From Bdellovibrionales bacterium (GTDB taxonomy: Bacteria > Bdellovibrionota > Bdellovibrionia > Bdellovibrionales > UBA1609): a stretch of 64,000 nt of DNA. This document shows, one piece after another, positions 60,045-64,000 of the stretch (position 1 is its first letter; each line of letters opens with the position of its first letter). The notes beneath the pieces are model-generated. The model searched no databases. It was not told the origin of the DNA and worked only from the letters and a program-made list of their open reading frames with translations. The DNA lies in the NCBI GenBank assembly GCA_965199825.1, contig OZ241329.1:512001-576000 (forward strand), given 5' to 3'. A program made the translations under genes and the position numbers.

Positions 60045-61927
60045 CACCCTCAATTTCGAGTGTCTTAGTCGTTGGCCACCCTCGATCTCATCAACTTCAA
60101 TTGGGATCAGACGTTGCGCCTCACATTCAGGAGGCTCAAAGTATTATTCATCACTCCTCTTATCGGGTGATTGTTTTACCGTTTACAGAGACCTGTGCCA
60201 AAGACGCATTCAATTTTATTCTCGAGCGCACAAGAATTTTTGCTAATACAAAATTTATTTTGTGCCGCGATCAAAATACCGAATCCCTATTAATAAAAGC
60301 TCTACAAACAGGATCTATTTATAGGGTTCTGGAAGGGTTTGATGACCCCCGGTTTGATCACGTGGTCCGCGAGTCTTTAGAAAAACTCTCTCGCGACAAA
60401 CAAGACGACGATTTGCTCGATCTGATTCACGACCGCACCGCAAGACTCGATGCACTTAAATTTAATCTTGCTGAGCGTGTGGCCAGACGCACGCGCTCGC
60501 TTCAGGCCTCGCGCAATAAACTGATCGAAACCAATCTACGATTTGAAGCTTTGCATTCGACATTTTTAAGTCTTTACCGATCCCAAAGTGTGAGCGAAAT
60601 GGAAAGTGAGCTTCTTAAAAATTTGAGTGAACCCCTAGAGCTTGATGGAGTCCGAATTGTTTTTGAATCACAAAGTGGAATTTTACCAAATGAAAATGAA
60701 AGTGTCCGAATCATTCCTTTGACTCTGTTGCCCGATCAACATGCACGCATCGTATTTTCACGCCAAATGAACACCAGCTTTTCAAAAGATGAAAACATTT
60801 TTTTAGAGCAGGTCGCCGAAGCGACGGGCCTAGCTTTGAATCGACTCTTAATTTTGCAAAAATCAGAGCGCCTCAAAAAACAATGGGAAGCCACCTTTGA
60901 TGCGATTCTTGATCCTTTATGCTTGACCACACTTGATCACAAAATCCTTCGCAACAACAAAGCGTTTTGTACAGCGGTAGGCAAAGATTTTTCCGAAATC
61001 TTAAGAGCCAATCCTTTTGAGATTTTATTTAACGAAGTCAATTTGCCCGAACTTAAACATAGCAGTTTTAAATTTTTAAAAACGGTGAACTCCAAAACTT
61101 TTGAAATTTCGGGCTCAACACTTTCCCATCGTTCATTGGTTGAGCCGATACGTTGGATTTTATTTCGAGATATCACTCATGCAAAAAAACTCGAAGACCA
61201 ATTGATTCAATCTGCCAAGATGGCCGAGCTTGGAACAATCGGAAGCTCCATTGCGCACGAACTCAATAATCCGATTGGAGGAATGCTCAGCTTTCTTCAA
61301 CTGATCAAAATGGATCTTAAAGAAGACGATCCCCACTACATCGATATCGATGAGATGGAAAAAGCAACTTTGAGGTGCAAAGAAATTATCGAAAATCTTT
61401 TGGGATTTGCACGTAAAGGCGACTCTTACATCCCAAATTTATTTGATCTCAAACCCATCATCGTCAAAGTTGCAAAGTTGATCGAGCTCTCGCAGCGCTC
61501 GATGGGTGTTCGAGTTGAAATGACGATTCCGGATCAGCCCATTATGATGTTTGGCCAAGCCGATGACTTACTCTCGGCCTTTCATTATCTTTTACAAAAT
61601 GCCTGTGAGGCGGTACTCGAGCGCAATCAAAATCCTTTGATTCAAATTGGTGTTGAGATCAGCTCAACAAAATGTATTTTGACAATCACAGACAATGGGC
61701 CAGGCATCGACGACAAGAATTTAAAGGTCATTTTCAATCCGCTGTTTAGTACAAAAAATCCTGCTCTCCACGCGGGGCTTGGATTAACAAATGCCTTCCG
61801 CATTATTACGGGCCACGAAGGTGAACTCGAAATTTTATCTTCAGCAGGCATAGGAACCTCGGCGAAAATCACTCTCAAACGTCCAGATTTGCCGGACTCG
61901 CGACAGGAAATTGACGGGAAAATTTGA
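60041..61927 (+). CDS. Sensor histidine kinase
   Basis: AHELNNP, DNGPG, FSTK, GLGL. Confidence 0.9.
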   Translation: MTPSISSVLVVGHPRSHQLQLGSDVAPHIQEAQSIIHHSSYRVIVLPFTETCAKDAFNFILERTRIFANTKFILCRDQNTESLLIKALQTGSIYRVLEGFDDPRFDHVVRESLEKLSRDKQDDDLLDLIHDRTARLDALKFNLAERVARRTRSLQASRNKLIETNLRFEALHSTFLSLYRSQSVSEMESELLKNLSEPLELDGVRIVFESQSGILPNENESVRIIPLTLLPDQHARIVFSRQMNTSFSKDENIFLEQVAEATGLALNRLLILQKSERLKKQWEATFDAILDPLCLTTLDHKILRNNKAFCTAVGKDFSEILRANPFEILFNEVNLPELKHSSFKFLKTVNSKTFEISGSTLSHRSLVEPIRWILFRDITHAKKLEDQLIQSAKMAELGTIGSSIAHELNNPIGGMLSFLQLIKMDLKEDDPHYIDIDEMEKATLRCKEIIENLLGFARKGDSYIPNLFDLKPIIVKVAKLIELSQRSMGVRVEMTIPDQPIMMFGQADDLLSAFHYLLQNACEAVLERNQNPLIQIGVEISSTKCILTITDNGPGIDDKNLKVIFNPLFSTKNPALHAGLGLTNAFRIITGHEGELEILSSAGIGTSAKITLKRPDLPDSRQEIDGKI

Positions 61928-62002
61928 CACCGTAAAACCCGCGCTCCTACCATAAACAAAGGCGCTCATGGATTGAGTGCCGTGTTCTACGGAAGGATCC
62001 GA

Positions 62003-63397
62003 ATGCAAGGCCACAGAATTCTGATTGTCGACGATGAAGCAAGTCTAAGGACTGCTTTGTTTCGAATCTTTGATCGCAAAGGCTATCAAGTGATCACCGC
62101 TTCGACTCGTCGTGAAGCCGAAATGATTTCGCAATCCGAAAAGCCAATTGATCTTGCTCTTGTTGATTTGCGTTTGCCCGATGGCGACGGCCTTGATTTT
62201 ATGACTCAACTTAAAACTTTGCATCCCAAGGCTCAGGTCATTATTTTGACAGGCTTTGGCACAATCGAAAATGCGGTGAATGCCACTCAGCGCGGCGCAT
62301 TTCATTTTGTGGCAAAGCCTTTTAATTTAGACGAAGTGGTCTCGCTGGTCGACCGCGCCTTATCCCAAGTGCGTTTAGAAAAAGAAAATCATCAACTGCG
62401 CACCGCACTTCACAAAAAATATCAGTTCGACAATATCATCGGCCAAAGTGAAGCAATCACCCGCGTGTTAGAAATGATCGAACTCGTCTCCGACAGTGAC
62501 TCTACGGTTTTGGTCATGGGCGAAAGTGGAACGGGCAAAGAACTTGTGGCAAAGGCCATCCACTACAATTCGAATCGCACCGAAAAACCATTTATCCCCA
62601 TCAACTGCGGAGCGATCCCCGCAGAGCTACTAGAATCAGAATTGTTTGGTCACGTTAAAGGTGCATTTACCGGAGCCGTCGCCAACCGCATCGGTCGATT
62701 CGAAATGGCCGACAGTGGATCCTTATTTCTTGATGAGATTGGCGACATGCACCCAAGCCTCCAAGTCAAATTGCTCCGGGTTTTACAAGAAAGAAAATTT
62801 GAGCCCGTGGGTTCAACCAAAACTTATTCTGCCAACGTGCGAATCATTGCAGCAACCAATGTCGAACTTGAACAAGCCGTCGAAGCGGGCCGCTTTCGCG
62901 AAGATCTTTACTATCGCCTTAATGTGATTCCGATTCGCATCCCTGCATTGCGAGAAAGAAAAACCGATATCCCTCTGCTGTTTCATTATTTTATGGAAGA
63001 GTTTAACCGCTCACGCAGCCGAAATCTTCAAGGTGTGACAAGCGAAGCAATGAACTTGCTGACCAATTACGGCTGGCCCGGAAATATTCGCGAACTCGAA
63101 AATTTGGTGGAGCGATTAAGTATTCTCAAAGGCCACGGCATTGTTGATGTGGGCGATTTGCCTGAGCGCTACCGCAAAGAAGTGATTGTACCACTCGACG
63201 CCTCACATCTCGAAATCCCCGAAGCCGGAATGGATTTTAATTCGGCAGTGGACGCTTACGAGAATGCTCTCATCATGCGCGCCCTAGAAAAAACCGGTTG
63301 GAACCGCAACCAAGCCGCACTGTTGTTGAGACTCAACCGCACAACCCTTGTCGAAAAGATTAAGAAGAAAGGGTTGCGGCCTCCAGAGTTGAGTTAA
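62003..63397 (+). CDS. NtrC-family sigma54 response regulator (REC-AAA+-HTH)
   Basis: [38 protein letters not shown]. Start at MQGHR. Confidence 0.95.
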   Translation: MQGHRILIVDDEASLRTALFRIFDRKGYQVITASTRREAEMISQSEKPIDLALVDLRLPDGDGLDFMTQLKTLHPKAQVIILTGFGTIENAVNATQRGAFHFVAKPFNLDEVVSLVDRALSQVRLEKENHQLRTALHKKYQFDNIIGQSEAITRVLEMIELVSDSDSTVLVMGESGTGKELVAKAIHYNSNRTEKPFIPINCGAIPAELLESELFGHVKGAFTGAVANRIGRFEMADSGSLFLDEIGDMHPSLQVKLLRVLQERKFEPVGSTKTYSANVRIIAATNVELEQAVEAGRFREDLYYRLNVIPIRIPALRERKTDIPLLFHYFMEEFNRSRSRNLQGVTSEAMNLLTNYGWPGNIRELENLVERLSILKGHGIVDVGDLPERYRKEVIVPLDASHLEIPEAGMDFNSAVDAYENALIMRALEKTGWNRNQAALLLRLNRTTLVEKIKKKGLRPPELS

Positions 63398-63424
63398 TGG
63401 CTTTCTAGGGATGAGCTGTTTTTT

Positions 63425-63651
63425 GGGCACGATTTCTTCTCGAGCAAAAAAGAGTGTAAACTGATTGTTTCTGCAATCACGACACAACGTTAACCTTGTC
63501 TGGGCACGATCACTCCATTTTGTCGATGACGTGATGGGCTTGATGGTGTCTCAGCTCGTCCCTTCACGATCACTCCATTCTGTCGGCACGAAGATGTCTC
63601 GCCTTGTCTGGTTACGATCACTGAATTCTATCGCTGAAGTGATGGGCACGA
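63425..63651 (-). repeat. Downstream degenerate array of HNH copy 4
   Basis: GGGCACGA or variants at 63425, 63502, 63536, 63562, 63584, 63610, 63644, same unit types as 22279-22547. Confidence 0.9.
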
Positions 63652-64000
63652 TGATGACCCGAACAAAAAAGAGTCAGATTGTCTTCAGTATCTGTTCCGC
63701 CCTTTGATTTTGGAATTATATGATGAATATCTAAATGCCGCCGCTGGGTGCAGCGTATTCCATTTTCATCTACATAAGTGCATTGGCTGTGATGTTTGTG
63801 ATGAATCTTTCGCTTTACCGCCATTTTAGAAGCCGCTTTTTCTGGGCACGATTTTTTGAGTGGATCATGTTTGGACAACCACAAATCTACAGCCTCAGTC
63901 AGCACATCTTCAATCGATGCCGCTCGTTTTAATTTCTGACTCATTAAATCTTGAGCACGTTGAAACGCTTTATGCTTTTCTTCGGTGAGCGAAAAAGTGA
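63618..64000 (-). CDS. HNH endonuclease, copy 4 (5' part beyond the window)
   Basis: Near-identical to the 3' half of copy 2 (about 25 mismatches in ~350 nt by eye), open to the window end. Confidence 0.9.
   Translation of the reverse strand, partial: TFSLTEEKHKAFQRAQDLMSQKLKRAASIEDVLTEAVDLWLSKHDPLKKSCPEKAASKMAVKRKIHHKHHSQCTYVDENGIRCTQRRHLDIHHIIPKSKGGTDTEDNLTLFCSGHHRAHHFSDRIQ

Noticed and set aside
1..64000. tRNA, rRNA, tmRNA (near smpB), riboswitches, prophage or IS transposases
   Set aside because: None was recognisable by eye. A covariance-model search was not possible, so small RNAs are not excluded

Overview
This 64-kb window looks like chromosome from a predatory Bdellovibrionota-like bacterium. 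That is an inference from the short ~275-aa flagellins, sigma54/sigma28 flagellar control and many small secreted orphan proteins. The backbone is ordinary: smpB-rsmA-tsaD-cpoB-pal, aminotransferase-coaD-rsmD, two-component genes, a flagellar filament locus (two flagellins, flaG-like, fliD, fliS, two GT9 glycosyltransferases), yacG, HU, pfkA, a basal-body/hook operon (flgBC-fliEFGHIJ-fliK-flgD-flgE), mlaEFD, trmFO, glmS-glmU and an NtrC-family regulator. The standout is a dispersed family of four ~270-aa HNH-nuclease genes (about 0.9, 22.5, 52.1 and 63.6 kb) with no transposase nearby. The 8-mer TCGTGCCC is tied to all four. It forms upstream arrays (three complete copies), sits at two nucleotide-invariant sites bracketing the HNH domain (all four copies), and forms 22-34 bp-period downstream arrays built from variant copies of the gene's 3' end (two copies). 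Each complete copy also has an extended -10 overlapping a covarying hairpin that hides the ribosome-binding site, as in IS10/IS50 read-through protection. Together this suggests an undescribed selfish or mobile, self-diversifying HNH element. Secondary findings are a 13-nt perfect complementarity between the two flagellin leaders and a tandem family of seven secreted orphan paralogs. All coordinates and counts were read by eye.
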